62,270 bases of DNA. Origin: an uncultured Bdellovibrionales bacterium (GTDB lineage Bacteria > Patescibacteriota > Minisyncoccia > Moranbacterales > UBA2206). Where the stretch lies: assembly GCA_964538685.1 (NCBI GenBank), contig CAZIFD010000004.1, positions 1 to 62,270 on the forward strand. The letters are read 5' to 3'. The notes under the pieces are model-generated. The model did no database searches. It was not told the DNA's origin and saw only the letters and a list, made by a program, of their open reading frames with translations. This document shows, piece by piece, positions 49,271 to 57,961 of the stretch; within the stretch, counting starts at the first letter, position 1; every line of letters begins with the position of its first letter. The position numbers were made by a program, and so were the translations under genes.

Positions 49271-50086
49271 TTATAATTTTTTTATTGTTTCCGATCCGTT
49301 GGTAGAAATTATTACTGGAGCGACGCCTTTTGTTCCAATAACATATGTTGCCACATTTACTATTTCTCCCTTTTTAGCAAATTGAGCCATTGCTCCGGTC
49401 GTCATCACTACTTTCGGAGGCATGGGGACTGCATAAGTATCAGCGACACCACCCTTTGAAGAATTGTAAACCGAAACCGATTGATATTTCTCAACGCTAG
49501 CTTTGGTCATTATATTGCCTGGCAATTCAGCACTTCCCTGCAGACAATCAGGATGTGTTTTGTTAATTTTTAATCCTAAAATCAGTGACGAAATAAAAAG
49601 GCGTTTTATCTCTTTACGATCTCTTGCTAAAGTTTCGGAATCTTTAACATCCCTTATTTTTTTATTTCCGTATTCGATATCCAACCTGCTCTCAATTAAA
49701 TTATCCTTATTCTTGTCAGGGTCAAACCCTAAATCAAAAATCGGAAATTTGTTTTGTTTGTATAATGCAACTTCCTTTTCATTAAGTAACGTTCTTGTTA
49801 TTAAACACGTTAAATCTCCTTTTTCCAAAAATTTGGATAAACTTCCTCTTGCTTCAACCTTTCTATTATCTTCCCCTTCAATTACAAATGTCTTTATCCT
49901 GTTTATCCAATTATTACCGTTAATTTTTGTTACTATTACTTGTTCCCATGGCAAAATATCGCTTTTTCTTAAAATGCCTTTTGGAATTACCAAGCCCTCG
50001 GCAATTTCGTCCTGTTTAAAAGTATTCCTGCAATTGGTGATAACAAGGTTGTGGATAGCGCTTCTTTTGAAAATTATTTCTTTCAT
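49271..50086 (-). CDS. Tandem double PanD-like (pyruvoyl decarboxylase fold) protein
   Basis: Domain 1 RSAIH...DILPWEQV...NRIKTFVI...GD; domain 2 QGSAELP...DTYAV...GAMAQ...GE, with the Gly-Ser cleavage motif only in domain 2. Confidence 0.75.
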   Translation of the reverse strand: MKEIIFKRSAIHNLVITNCRNTFKQDEIAEGLVIPKGILRKSDILPWEQVIVTKINGNNWINRIKTFVIEGEDNRKVEARGSLSKFLEKGDLTCLITRTLLNEKEVALYKQNKFPIFDLGFDPDKNKDNLIESRLDIEYGNKKIRDVKDSETLARDRKEIKRLFISSLILGLKINKTHPDCLQGSAELPGNIMTKASVEKYQSVSVYNSSKGGVADTYAVPMPPKVVMTTGAMAQFAKKGEIVNVATYVIGTKGVAPVIISTNGSETIKKL

Positions 50087-50186
50087 AAAATTCAGCATTA
50101 CCTTATCACATTGCGCAATATAAGTAATTTTTAAAAATTAAATCCTATGCAATTATAATACGTCTTTTTCTATAAAAAATCAATGA

Positions 50187-50676
50187 AAACCACTAGCTTA
50201 TACGCTAGTGGTTTCTATCCTGCCGTCTAACGACGGCTAGAACAACTTGAGGTTTTCCATATCTACCTGTCGGTTGCTTTGGTTTTGAATATACTTACGG
50301 ATGGCAAATTCATTGATGCCAATGGTAGAAACAAAGTAGCCCCGTGCCCAGAGACTGCCTTTGGGGAATTTTTTAGGCGGTATGACAAGATACAAGTGTA
50401 TATGCTCGTCGCCAATGTGCCATTCGAGAATTTTAATCCCCTTCCATTTGGCAATGAACTTGAATATTCTCTTAAGTTCTAGTTTAATGTAAGTATCTGC
50501 CATTACCTTGCCTCGGTATCTGGGAGTCCAAACTACATGATACTGACAACAGTAAGTGCAGTGCTCTAGTTTATAGAGTTTGGTCAACATAAAATCACCT
50601 CCTTGCTAGTGGGTGATTTTATTATATTCCAAGAGCTAACGCTCTAAACGCACACACCGGCTGACGCCGGTGGTTT
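50187..50676 (-). mobile_element. IS200/IS605-family element, transposase-only, internally deleted
   Basis: tnpA ORF flanked by hairpins aaaccactagc-ttatac-gctagtggttt (50187-50214) and accggc-tgac-gccggt (50656-50671); exact ends uncertain. Confidence 0.7.
50237..50590 (-). pseudogene. tnpA: IS200-type Y1 transposase TnpA with in-frame internal deletion
   Basis: YHVVWTPRYR, HUH motif EHIHL, LWARGYFVSTIG, KYIQNQ; segment normally between IPPK and FP is missing. Confidence 0.8.
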
Positions 50677-50691
50677 ATCTGGTTAAAAAAA

Positions 50692-50723
50692 AGGAGCGGC
50701 TCTCTTTTAAGATTACCGCTCCT
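50692..50723 (-). terminator. Hairpin after radical SAM genes
   Basis: aggagcgg-16 nt-ccgctcct followed on the minus strand by a T-run. Confidence 0.6.
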
Positions 50724-50727
50724 GAAT

Positions 50728-52260
50728 TTAGAGTCTGCGCGTTACAGACCTTCCCAAGCGCTCATTGATGGATTTCACCTTGCGGTGCATTTCATCAAGT
50801 AACGCATTCGGGTATGGCCATACCCCCGTCTTCCGAGAGAATAAACAATGCTCGAACGGCGCAGTCGGGTAGAGCTGCCGCCACGAACGCCGATATTCTC
50901 GCGTGACAGGAGAGAGGGTCAGAAAGATCGCTTGGTGCAAGAATTGCTGCTCAAGACACTCTGTGATGAATCGGAAAGTTTCTTCCAATTCGCACGGCCT
51001 TTCGGCAGGCTGTCCATTTGTTTCGGGAAAACCGCCTATGAAAAAGCCCTCACGATTGGTCGTTTGCAGATTCTCCTTGGCAAACTCGAGAACTTTCCGC
51101 ACCACAGACAAGGTATGCGGCTTTCTTATCATGCGAAGTACTCTGTCGTTTCCGTTCTCGCATGGAAACGCGATGTGCCGTACATTGCCGTTCTGACTGA
51201 ATTGCCGGAGCAACCGGAAGTTTTCCCTAGTCATTGACTCGAAAGTAAGGCCGTTGGAAAATCCGATCTGGTACCCCGCGCTGGCTACTTGAGAAAGAAT
51301 CTCAAAAGCCAAGTCGCGAGAGGAGTTGTTTCCGCCGCCGAAATTGTTGTCCATAAAGTCAATGTAGTTGATGCCGAAAAGGCAATCAAACTCATTGATG
51401 ATTTCCATGGTGTTCTCGACAGCGTACCTTACGAGCCGCTTATCTGTGTCGCAAAAACTGCAGTCAAAACCGCAACCGTACGACGTCAGAAGTGGCAGGT
51501 AGGCAACAGGCCCCTGAATGCCAAGGATGGTACCGATTCGTCCGGCGTGAGGATTACCGACAAAGGAGTAAAGATCCAATGCTTTTTCCCTCCCAACAAC
51601 TTCCACTCGCGGAAGCAAGTTGTAGTCGGGAATTGCGAAATGATCGGGTTGAAACTCGGACAGACCGGAAAATTCAACACGACCATTGAATCTGCGAGCC
51701 ACTCCTTGCGGCAAGTTACCCATAGCTGGTTCGTCAAAACAGCGTAGTAGAGAAGTTATCACCGGCTGACCCGGGCCAACAACGACATAGTCAATTGCCG
51801 GAATTTCTCCGATAGGAAACGGAGTATTGCCGAGGATTTCTTCGTACCACTGCGAAGCTTCATGTCCGCCCAGAATAATGGGCGTTGCAGGAAATGCTTC
51901 CTTCAGGGCCTTAGTTGTTTTTGCCACTTCGCCTCGATCAACTACCGTGCAACAGCTCATGCCGATCACATCCGGCTCACGCTTGACCACTTCGTCTACG
52001 ATCTCCTCGATCCGCAGTCCAGTTTTCCAGTAAGGAATCCCGTCAAGTTCCTCAATCGCTACCGGATTATAGGAAGAATCAAGGATACCTTTTTTTAAAC
52101 CCTCGGCCGCCGCGTCAAAGAGAAATGCTTCGTAGCCATTTCTTTTGGCTTCCGCCAAAACAGAAATGGCTCCCAATGGCGGGTGAATGCGGGGCGGAGT
52201 TCCAGCTGGAGAGACTGCGCGAGGTGTTACAATGACAAACCTCTCTATCTTTCGTTTCAT
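50728..52260 (-). CDS. B12-binding-domain radical SAM enzyme
   Basis: PPLG, PDVIGMSC, IILGGHEAS, CGFDCSFC, DNNF, CENG, FFIGGFP. Confidence 0.9.
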   Translation of the reverse strand: MKRKIERFVIVTPRAVSPAGTPPRIHPPLGAISVLAEAKRNGYEAFLFDAAAEGLKKGILDSSYNPVAIEELDGIPYWKTGLRIEEIVDEVVKREPDVIGMSCCTVVDRGEVAKTTKALKEAFPATPIILGGHEASQWYEEILGNTPFPIGEIPAIDYVVVGPGQPVITSLLRCFDEPAMGNLPQGVARRFNGRVEFSGLSEFQPDHFAIPDYNLLPRVEVVGREKALDLYSFVGNPHAGRIGTILGIQGPVAYLPLLTSYGCGFDCSFCDTDKRLVRYAVENTMEIINEFDCLFGINYIDFMDNNFGGGNNSSRDLAFEILSQVASAGYQIGFSNGLTFESMTRENFRLLRQFSQNGNVRHIAFPCENGNDRVLRMIRKPHTLSVVRKVLEFAKENLQTTNREGFFIGGFPETNGQPAERPCELEETFRFITECLEQQFLHQAIFLTLSPVTREYRRSWRQLYPTAPFEHCLFSRKTGVWPYPNALLDEMHRKVKSINERLGRSVTRRL

Positions 52261-52312
52261 GATTTTACCTCCTTTTCAGAAAAAGAGGCGGCAAGAAATG
52301 AATCCCGCCGCC

Positions 52313-53566
52313 TCAGGTGGTTGAACTACCGCTTTTCCGCATTGTCTCATAGAGGCAGTTGGGATCCTGCTGATCGTAGTTGCCCCAGAAGTAGAAGCGA
52401 TTAGCTGGACATTCGTTTTTACAGAGACGATTGCAGCTATCGCATTCGCGGGGTTGACGAATCGCCCGAACGGTTTGGAATTTATTCCCGACTTTTCCTT
52501 GCCAAAAATCTCTGATGGTTCCATCTTGGTAGATTTTCCCAAAAGAGAAGGTTGGCCCGAAGAAAACGCAGGGACTTATCTTGCCGTTGGCGTCAATGTG
52601 CATGGAACGGTTAGCCGCTCCGCACATTCGTCCGCGCAAGAGTTTCTGCAACACCCCAGCTGGCTGGCTGAACATCATGCCTTCGTCCATCAGCACATAC
52701 GGTAGCACTTTTGGGCTATTAAGGTATTCCAGTACCTTGAGATAACGCGGGGAGTCTTGAGGGCTTAGCATTGTTTGATTATGCACAGCCCTGCCGGCCG
52801 GCCTGCAGTAGGAGAATTTGATTTTTACTCCTCTGCTTCTAGCCAGTTCTACTAACTCCGGCACATTATCCAAGTTTTGTGGTAACAGCGTAGTCCGCAA
52901 AAGTACATTGACGCCGCCTTCCTTGAGTGTTTCAAGAGCGGCGAGTGCTTTCCGGAAATGACCAGAACCACGCAAGCTGTCATTGACCGCTTCCATGCCC
53001 TCAATACTTACCGAGGTGCGAATTTTGGCATTAGCAAGCAAGTCAACTGTTTGCGGGGTTACTACTGCACTGTTCGTGCTGATTGTGAGAAAACATCCGG
53101 CTGAACGGAGCAGGTTAATGATGATTTCAAAATCAGGATGAAGAAAAGGATCGCCACCGCCGATTTTGACGTACATAACACCCAGCTTCTGAATTTCCGC
53201 CGCAAGTTTCTTAATTGTCGCCACGGGCAAAGATGTTTTTAGGCCTCGTCCCGCTTCCGACAAACAGAAAGGACATTGGAGCGAACACGCCAGCGTGATG
53301 TCGAGGTAAATCTTGAACGGAGCCGAATAGGCGTTTAGGACTGGCGAATTGTGAACAATCCGAACTGCCTTGTCACTTAATTTCTGCCCGACAAACTGTC
53401 CGATAAGATCGGGCTGTGCCGAATCGAAGGGAATCCACTGCGGAGATTGCAAAGTATGAACTTTCAACACTCCGCTATTGGAATCAAACTCCACCAGTTT
53501 ATCGACTTCCTCCTCTCGTAAAGAGGAAAAGCCGAAGCTGGTGTTTTCCAGCCTTATGATCTTCAT
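52313..53566 (-). CDS. Radical SAM enzyme with SPASM domain
   Basis: CSLQCPFC, GGDPF, STN, CGAA...ISPC, CDSC-x3-C-x3-C. Confidence 0.92.
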   Translation of the reverse strand: MKIIRLENTSFGFSSLREEEVDKLVEFDSNSGVLKVHTLQSPQWIPFDSAQPDLIGQFVGQKLSDKAVRIVHNSPVLNAYSAPFKIYLDITLACSLQCPFCLSEAGRGLKTSLPVATIKKLAAEIQKLGVMYVKIGGGDPFLHPDFEIIINLLRSAGCFLTISTNSAVVTPQTVDLLANAKIRTSVSIEGMEAVNDSLRGSGHFRKALAALETLKEGGVNVLLRTTLLPQNLDNVPELVELARSRGVKIKFSYCRPAGRAVHNQTMLSPQDSPRYLKVLEYLNSPKVLPYVLMDEGMMFSQPAGVLQKLLRGRMCGAANRSMHIDANGKISPCVFFGPTFSFGKIYQDGTIRDFWQGKVGNKFQTVRAIRQPRECDSCNRLCKNECPANRFYFWGNYDQQDPNCLYETMRKSGSSTT

Positions 53567-53581
53567 GGCTTTTCCTCCTTT

Positions 53582-54232
53582 TCAGTCGAGAATTCGGGAA
53601 GTCAGTATGTCTGCTTTCAGGCAACGGGCGGCGGCGATGGCCGTACCAATCGGCTTGAGAATTCCGTCATCGGGCAGATCAATCCTTGATGTGATTTTTC
53701 CGCCTGCTTTTTGGAATTCTTTGACTGACATTGGCTTTTCCGCTATCTGCAAAAGCAATTCTGCTTCCAGCTCAATGAGAGCAGGGTCGTCGATCGGCCT
53801 AATCTCGCCAGAGGTAAATCTTCCAGCATAGATCAGGACATTAGTGAACGGTTTGCGGCCGGCTTCGGCGCGCGGACTGCGAAAGATAATGATAGGCAGA
53901 GGCTCATTCGTCAGATCGGTAGCAAGATATATTTTTTCAATGGACTCCGAGTCCATCAAAATTGTCTCATCGCCGTGATGATCCGCGATGTCCACGTCTG
54001 ACCCAACTTCCTCAATCGCTTCCCGATGCAACGAAGCACCTGGCAATTCGTTCGGTTCCAGTTTTCCACCAATCCCGCCAAAAGGCAGGATTGAAATACC
54101 CTCTTCGGTCTTACCCCAACGGTGGGGTTGCTTTAAAGTAAAGCAGAAACCGAAGCCGCGGGTTGCTAGCAAACCAGTCCCCAGATCCGCTTCGGGATCC
54201 TGAAGAAACTGTTCCAGTTTATGCTCATTCAT
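53582..54232 (-). CDS. NUDIX hydrolase
   Basis: Perfect Nudix box GKLEPNELPGASLHREAIEEVG; start reassigned to MNEHK with AGAGGA RBS. Confidence 0.9.
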   Translation of the reverse strand: MNEHKLEQFLQDPEADLGTGLLATRGFGFCFTLKQPHRWGKTEEGISILPFGGIGGKLEPNELPGASLHREAIEEVGSDVDIADHHGDETILMDSESIEKIYLATDLTNEPLPIIIFRSPRAEAGRKPFTNVLIYAGRFTSGEIRPIDDPALIELEAELLLQIAEKPMSVKEFQKAGGKITSRIDLPDDGILKPIGTAIAAARCLKADILTSRILD

Positions 54233-54365
54233 TTCTGTATCCTCTTTAGGTTTTTGGTTGTCAATGTGCTCACCAGAACGCTCTAGCTTGACGTTGTATT
54301 TTATAGCAAAAAGGCGTATTTTGTCAAGGATATTGTGTATTTTAGAGATAAATGGATTCATAAGC

Positions 54366-54575
54366 TTATTTGAGCAAAATATCAACAGAAACACCTAATG
54401 CTTTGGCAATTCTTTGAACAGTATCAATAGTCGGGCTTTGTATTCCGCCCGATTCAATTTTAATAATTGTGGCATGAGCCACATCTGCCAATCTTGCAAG
54501 TTTGTCTTGCGATAAACCTTTTTCCTTGCGGTATTTCTTTATGTTTTTTGCAATAGTTGGAATTATTTTTGACAT
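54366..54575 (-). CDS. XRE-family HTH regulator (cassette 1)
   Basis: NIKKYRKEKGLSQDKLA...IIKIESG...PTIDTVQRIAKALGV. Confidence 0.93.
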   Translation of the reverse strand: MSKIIPTIAKNIKKYRKEKGLSQDKLARLADVAHATIIKIESGGIQSPTIDTVQRIAKALGVSVDILLK

Positions 54576-54588
54576 TGTGATATGTTAA

Positions 54589-54610
54589 TATCTATACTAT
54601 AATATAGATA
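54589..54610. promoter_or_regulatory. Palindromic operator candidate upstream of XRE-1
   Basis: tatctata-ctataa-tatagata; half-site atatctata repeated near 54624-54632. Confidence 0.5.
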
Positions 54611-54758
54611 GTAATTTATCTTTCAGTAAATATCTATATTATTATGATACACAATTTTTATTTATTAGTAAATGGGAGTTCTTTGTCGTTGCCCGCGCAC
54701 GGGTGGGTTGGAGCAAGGGCAACATCCTTTTCGGCGGCGCATTTCGCTTTGCGAAATG

Positions 54759-54985
54759 CGGCCTCCAGCGCCAGCGAAAAAAGTGAAAGCGGAAAAGAGA
54801 GGGCGGGGCGGAATTCCCCCCAGACCCCCCCTTTTTTTCCGCCCCGCCCGAAAAATAAAATTGGCGTAGCGAAGCGTTTCCGCCGTCTTGGTATCAAGAC
54901 GTCAAAGCAAAACAATTTTCAATTCCTTTTAAGAAAAATTTGGCGGGCGGGCGATAAAAAATTGAAAGAAAATTGTTTTGCTTTG
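54759..54985 (-). repeat. Right arm of 227 bp inverted repeat of cassette 1 (includes U copy 2 at 54903-54985)
   Basis: Reverse complement of 49020-49246. Confidence 0.95.
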
Positions 54986-55118
54986 ATGTTTGGCTTAACG
55001 CCAAACGGCGGAAACGCTTCGCTTCGGCTCGGGCGTGGCGGAATTCCTCCCCCCAACCCCCTCCTTCCGCCACGCCCTCGCTCGGACTGCTCTTTTTTTC
55101 GGCGGAATTGGAGGCCGT
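54968..55118 (+). repeat. Left arm of perfect 151 bp inverted repeat bounding cassette 2 (partner 60080-60230)
   Basis: Exact reverse complement; diverged homolog of the cassette-1 arm. Confidence 0.95.
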
Positions 55119-55141
55119 GCCAATTTCATTGGCGCGCCGCC

Positions 55142-57961
55142 TCATTTCTGAATTAAATACTCCTCAAGTTTCTCAAGAATATTATCAACAGTCAATTGGT
55201 CTTTTGGCGAACAACCGACAATATGATCAATGTATTTATCTTTTTTCAATTCAGTCAAAATGTTCGCACTCTGATTTCCTTTGCCGGAATGGTGATAAAT
55301 TTGACCTGTGATAATTACATTGTATTTTGTTTGCCCTTTTTTCAATCCACCCAAGACATCGCTATTCCTGATTTTGGAATTGCCAAAAAACGCAACATCC
55401 CAATCAGTCGCTTTCAATCCGTATTTTGCGAAAAAACCTCTCAATTTTTCTCTGATTAAATCCTCGCCAACAACTTCGCCCAAAATACAAATATTGAACG
55501 GAGACGGAATTTTGATATTTTCGGCTTCTTCTTTCGCGCCAGCTTTCGGTTGAAATGCCAGAGCTTCTTTCAAACCGCCGATTGTCGCTTGCGCGTTTTG
55601 CAAATCAAGTTTCAAAATTTCATTTTCAAGTTTTTTGTCGTCGAGATTTTTAATAGCCTTTGTCAGCTCGCCCTCGTATAATTCAAGCAATTCCTGATCT
55701 TCTTTTGACTTTTCCGCCTGTTTTTCGGAAACAATTTTACGACTTTGGGTATATCTAACTAAATTTTCTTCAAATTGAGGTTTGAAACTTGCTAAATCTT
55801 GATTTTTTAGAGCGACAAAAAACTTGTAGTAATCAGACGGCGAAATAATGTAAAAATAAAAATTTTCTTTGCCTTTGTATTCTTTTTGATATTTTTTCCC
55901 TGCGTTTAATTTGAGCAAGTTTTCATTTTTGAAGTCTCGGTCATCTTTAATTTCAACAACAAGGGTGTCTTTTTTCGTTTTTATTACAAAATCAGGATAA
56001 AAAGCGTAATAACTGCCGTGGCTATTGCCGTTTTTCTTGTAGGCAATTCCAAAATACTTGCTTTCTGAAACGCCATTTTTAAACCACCACAAAACATCGT
56101 TGTCGGTCTTTTCCAGTTCATCAATAAATACTTTTTCGGGCTTGGACCATTGCTGTTTTCCGTTTTTATCTCGTTTTACAAAGTAAGGTTTCAAAACCGA
56201 TTTTTTGATAGTTTTGATTTCATCAAAATTTTCAAAAACGCTTATTATATCCGGCACTTGCCAATTTTCATTGGGGATAACTTCGTCTGCTTTTTCAGGC
56301 AACGATTTATATTTACCTTTTGCTGTTTCAATAAGTTCTATAAATTCACCTTTATTGACTGGATTCAAAACAATCGTTGCGATTTCGTCCTCGTTATCAA
56401 TTCCAAACGCTTTTTTGAAAAACGAACGCAAGCTTGATTTGATAATTTCAGTCGGGCGACCACCGCCAGTAAACGGAAAAGTTAGAGATTTTATAAATGC
56501 CGTGTATTCGGCGCAAACTTCCTCGCGGTCTCTTACAATTGCGCCTTTCTTTTGAAAATCAACGGCTTGCTTTTTATCAATTTCGGAAATTTGCCCCTCA
56601 AAACCAATATCTTTTTTGAAAACTATTTTGCCGATGTTGATTTTCTTTTCTTTGAATTTCAATTCATCGCCAGCTTGAAACAAACAATCCTTAAATTCAC
56701 CCGACAATCTAAATAATTCTCTTTTTCTTCTGATATGTTCGCTTGGCAGATAAATATCTTTATAAATCGTATTGTCGCGCACCATTTGATCTTTGCTGAC
56801 ATAATCCTTTGCTAAATCTTCAACAATTTCAAAATTATCAGAAGCCGTATAAACATAGCCGATATTCAAAGCGGGATAATTTTCGTAATGCTTTTGCTCT
56901 GGCATACGCATAATACGGCCAAGCGTTTGGATATTGAAAACATAATTTTCGGCGTTCCATTCCCGTTGAAGCAGTAAAATGCTGGCGCGTGGGCAATCCC
57001 AACCTTGTGCAATAGCTTCTTTGAATACTAAAACATCAACTCCGCTATCGTGATTTTCAAGGTAATCAAGATTTTTCTTTTTATCTTTTTCGGCAAGCCA
57101 AAGAGCAAGTTTTCCATTTTCAATCGTTATGCCGTCTTTGTTCAAAATTTCAATGATTTTGTCTTCCGGCTCTCTAATATCCGATTTCTTTTTCTTTGGT
57201 ATTTGGATTAAAAGCAAAGGATTTATATCGGTCTTGGCTTCTTCGTAAAGCCGTTTTAATTCCTTTCGTTTTTTCAACGCTTCACGAACAATGTCCTCGT
57301 TTGTCTGCACTCGGCCAAGTCCAGGATTTATCTGTATCCCTTCCTTAATCATTCCCTCGGCCACAACTTCGCTTAATTTGACGGTTATTTTGTGGTCATT
57401 GGTTACGCCCTCTTTTGGCGTGGCCGAAACTTCAATCGTCGATTTTGGGCTAATCATGTTGACGATTTCTTGCGACTTGCTTGTTTTTGCCGTTCTGTGG
57501 CTTTCGTCAATTATCAAAACAATGTTTCTGCCCTCGTCTCTCGTATTTTCGGCAACTTTGCTTAAATTCCAATCCTTTTCATTGTCGGACATAAAAAGCG
57601 AAATACCCTCTTTATTCAAAGAATCCCAGTTCACAAAAACAATCTGGTTTTGCTCAATTATATTGTTTTGAATTTCGTTAATTCCAATGCAATCAAGCAG
57701 TCGCTCATTTTCAAAATGCTTTTCCAGTTTTTCTTTTCTTTGTTCGTTTAGTGCGTTTACTGAAATCCAAACAAAAGCTAATTCCTTTTGACCGCCAAGC
57801 TCTTTTACTATTCGCGACATTGCTTCGGCAAGCATAATTGTTTTACCTGCGCCAGTTGGAGCTTGAAAAACAATCAATTTTGGGTCTTCATCTTCAATAT
57901 ACCCAACGGAAGTTGAGACAAGTTCTTTGATGTATTTTTTTTGATATGCTAAATCTTTCAT
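55142..57961 (-). CDS. Type III restriction enzyme Res subunit with C-terminal extension
   Basis: QAPTGAGKT, IIDESH, SATP, EAIAQGWD, QTLGRIMR, PD...VEIK nuclease; 4 nt overlap with mod. Confidence 0.9.
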   Translation of the reverse strand: MKDLAYQKKYIKELVSTSVGYIEDEDPKLIVFQAPTGAGKTIMLAEAMSRIVKELGGQKELAFVWISVNALNEQRKEKLEKHFENERLLDCIGINEIQNNIIEQNQIVFVNWDSLNKEGISLFMSDNEKDWNLSKVAENTRDEGRNIVLIIDESHRTAKTSKSQEIVNMISPKSTIEVSATPKEGVTNDHKITVKLSEVVAEGMIKEGIQINPGLGRVQTNEDIVREALKKRKELKRLYEEAKTDINPLLLIQIPKKKKSDIREPEDKIIEILNKDGITIENGKLALWLAEKDKKKNLDYLENHDSGVDVLVFKEAIAQGWDCPRASILLLQREWNAENYVFNIQTLGRIMRMPEQKHYENYPALNIGYVYTASDNFEIVEDLAKDYVSKDQMVRDNTIYKDIYLPSEHIRRKRELFRLSGEFKDCLFQAGDELKFKEKKINIGKIVFKKDIGFEGQISEIDKKQAVDFQKKGAIVRDREEVCAEYTAFIKSLTFPFTGGGRPTEIIKSSLRSFFKKAFGIDNEDEIATIVLNPVNKGEFIELIETAKGKYKSLPEKADEVIPNENWQVPDIISVFENFDEIKTIKKSVLKPYFVKRDKNGKQQWSKPEKVFIDELEKTDNDVLWWFKNGVSESKYFGIAYKKNGNSHGSYYAFYPDFVIKTKKDTLVVEIKDDRDFKNENLLKLNAGKKYQKEYKGKENFYFYIISPSDYYKFFVALKNQDLASFKPQFEENLVRYTQSRKIVSEKQAEKSKEDQELLELYEGELTKAIKNLDDKKLENEILKLDLQNAQATIGGLKEALAFQPKAGAKEEAENIKIPSPFNICILGEVVGEDLIREKLRGFFAKYGLKATDWDVAFFGNSKIRNSDVLGGLKKGQTKYNVIITGQIYHHSGKGNQSANILTELKKDKYIDHIVGCSPKDQLTVDNILEKLEEYLIQK

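Noticed and set aside
54644-55156. Several overlapping ORFs across the GC-rich repeats (also 48855-49305 and 59933-60676)
   Set aside because: Arg/Pro/Gly-rich translations of palindromic repeat DNA on both strands with no protein motifs.
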